The translations under genes and the position numbers were made by a program. Below are positions 62,816-64,000 of a stretch of 64,000 nt of DNA, one piece after another. The DNA comes from Vicugna vicugna. Its lineage: Eukaryota. Each line of letters starts with the position of its first letter. Position 1 is the first letter of the stretch. The notes under the pieces were generated by a model. It worked only from the letters and a program-made list of their open reading frames with translations, was not told the origin of the DNA and made no database searches. The stretch is taken from contig MU058844.1 of assembly GCA_013265495.1 (NCBI GenBank), forward strand, positions 9,878,184 to 9,942,183, given 5' to 3'.

Positions 62816-64000
62816 GGGTAGTTTTCTTACCCCTGAGGGTCATGGAGTAAAATCCATCTTCCCTACATATTGACTGTGGCTTAAGTTGTTTTAGATGTTT
62901 AAAATATACAGTGACTATTGATTTGGGGGGATAGTACAGAATGCAAAGCAGACAGCAGAAGAATGAACAGTGTAGCTCCCAGATTTAGTATGTGCAGTGC
63001 TATTCACAGACTTATTCCTTCCATAGATTAAATGACGTAGGGGAAGAACCCCCAGCCCCTCTCAAAAGATGCTTTAAACTATACTAAGTTCACTGATGCC
63101 TAAAATTTCACAGCAGTGGAGTAATTCCTCATCTCTACGATGGTAATAACAAGCCCTCTCTCACAGCATTCCCATAAAGATTAAATACATGCGAAGTCCT
63201 TAGTCCAAGGCCTGACATAGTAAATACTCGATAAATCGCAGCTATTGAGAGCAGTAATAATAGTGATGAAGGTAGTGAGGCTATTATTTGGAAGCTGTCA
63301 AAGGACTTATTAAAAACCTCCAATGAGTTCCCGTTACCTTCAGAAAGAAAGAATCCAAGTTTCTTACCATGGACTATTTGTGATCTGGCCCCTGAAAATT
63401 GCTTCTACCCATCTCTGGGCACATTTCCCCGACACGACATGCTCAGGATACACTGACCTGTTTGGAGGCCCTCTGTGTGACATGTTCCTGCTCAGTCCAG
63501 GCCTTTGCACACACACACACTTCCTCCTCCTCCAAGCTATCCAACTCTGACCTTCTGTTGCCCTACTGAGACCACGCCTCCAGAATAACCATACCGACCA
63601 CACCTCCGAAATAAAACGAGACGCCTGGCGCTTACTGCTTGTACTCCCCCGTGGTTATACCACAGGAGCCCACAGGCTATCAGCTGTTTTAGGGCCGGTG
63701 CTGTGACTTCTTCACAGTCCTCTCTTCCTCCCCACTTCCCACCCCCAGGGTCAGGACAGTGCCTGGCAGGGTTGACACTCCATTAAAGCTGGTCAAATAA
63801 ATTTAAAAGAATAAACATCTAAGTTTTCCTAAATGATAATCCCAAGAGAAATCATATATTAAGTTTGTCAAGCCTTGCTGAGCAGATTTATTTCATCGTT
63901 TCCTGAGGCAAATTTCATAGCAAGGGAGAGAAGCCAGGGTACAAGCCCAGAACAGCCCCTGCAGAGGCTGGGAGAGAACACAGGAGCGGGAATAAAAGTG

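Noticed and set aside
1..64000. CRISPR arrays, operons, rRNA or other prokaryotic systems
   Set aside because: Intron-rich mammalian DNA; no regularly spaced repeat-spacer structure or rRNA-like sequence seen.

Overview
Mammalian genomic DNA, probably camelid, judging by the Vic-1-like tRNA-derived SINEs and artiodactyl-type L1/ERV repeats. Two spliced genes lie in tandem on the minus strand. (1) The 3' part of OTOGL (otogelin-like): 22 coding exons from 60698 to the stop at 27803, all GT-AG and phase-consistent, 2714 nt (~904 codons), encoding VWD-C8-TIL, cysteine-rich modules and a C-terminal cystine knot. (2) About 12.5 kb downstream, a CpG-island promoter with a canonical RFX X-box drives a second gene. 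I assembled nine frame-consistent exons for it (14831 to 924, running off the window), encoding signal-like peptide - partial FN3 - FN3 - C-type lectin-like domain - FN3 - FN3 - FN3. By synteny this is where PTPRQ begins, but the canonical PTPRQ N-terminus is not in the window and canonical PTPRQ has no lectin domain. It is therefore either a much longer lectin-bearing PTPRQ isoform or a separate, poorly characterised extracellular protein gene. The rest is intronic or intergenic, with L1, L2, MIR, MaLR/ERV LTRs, SINEs and microsatellites. Repeat family names and outer boundaries are by eye and approximate unless TSDs are quoted.
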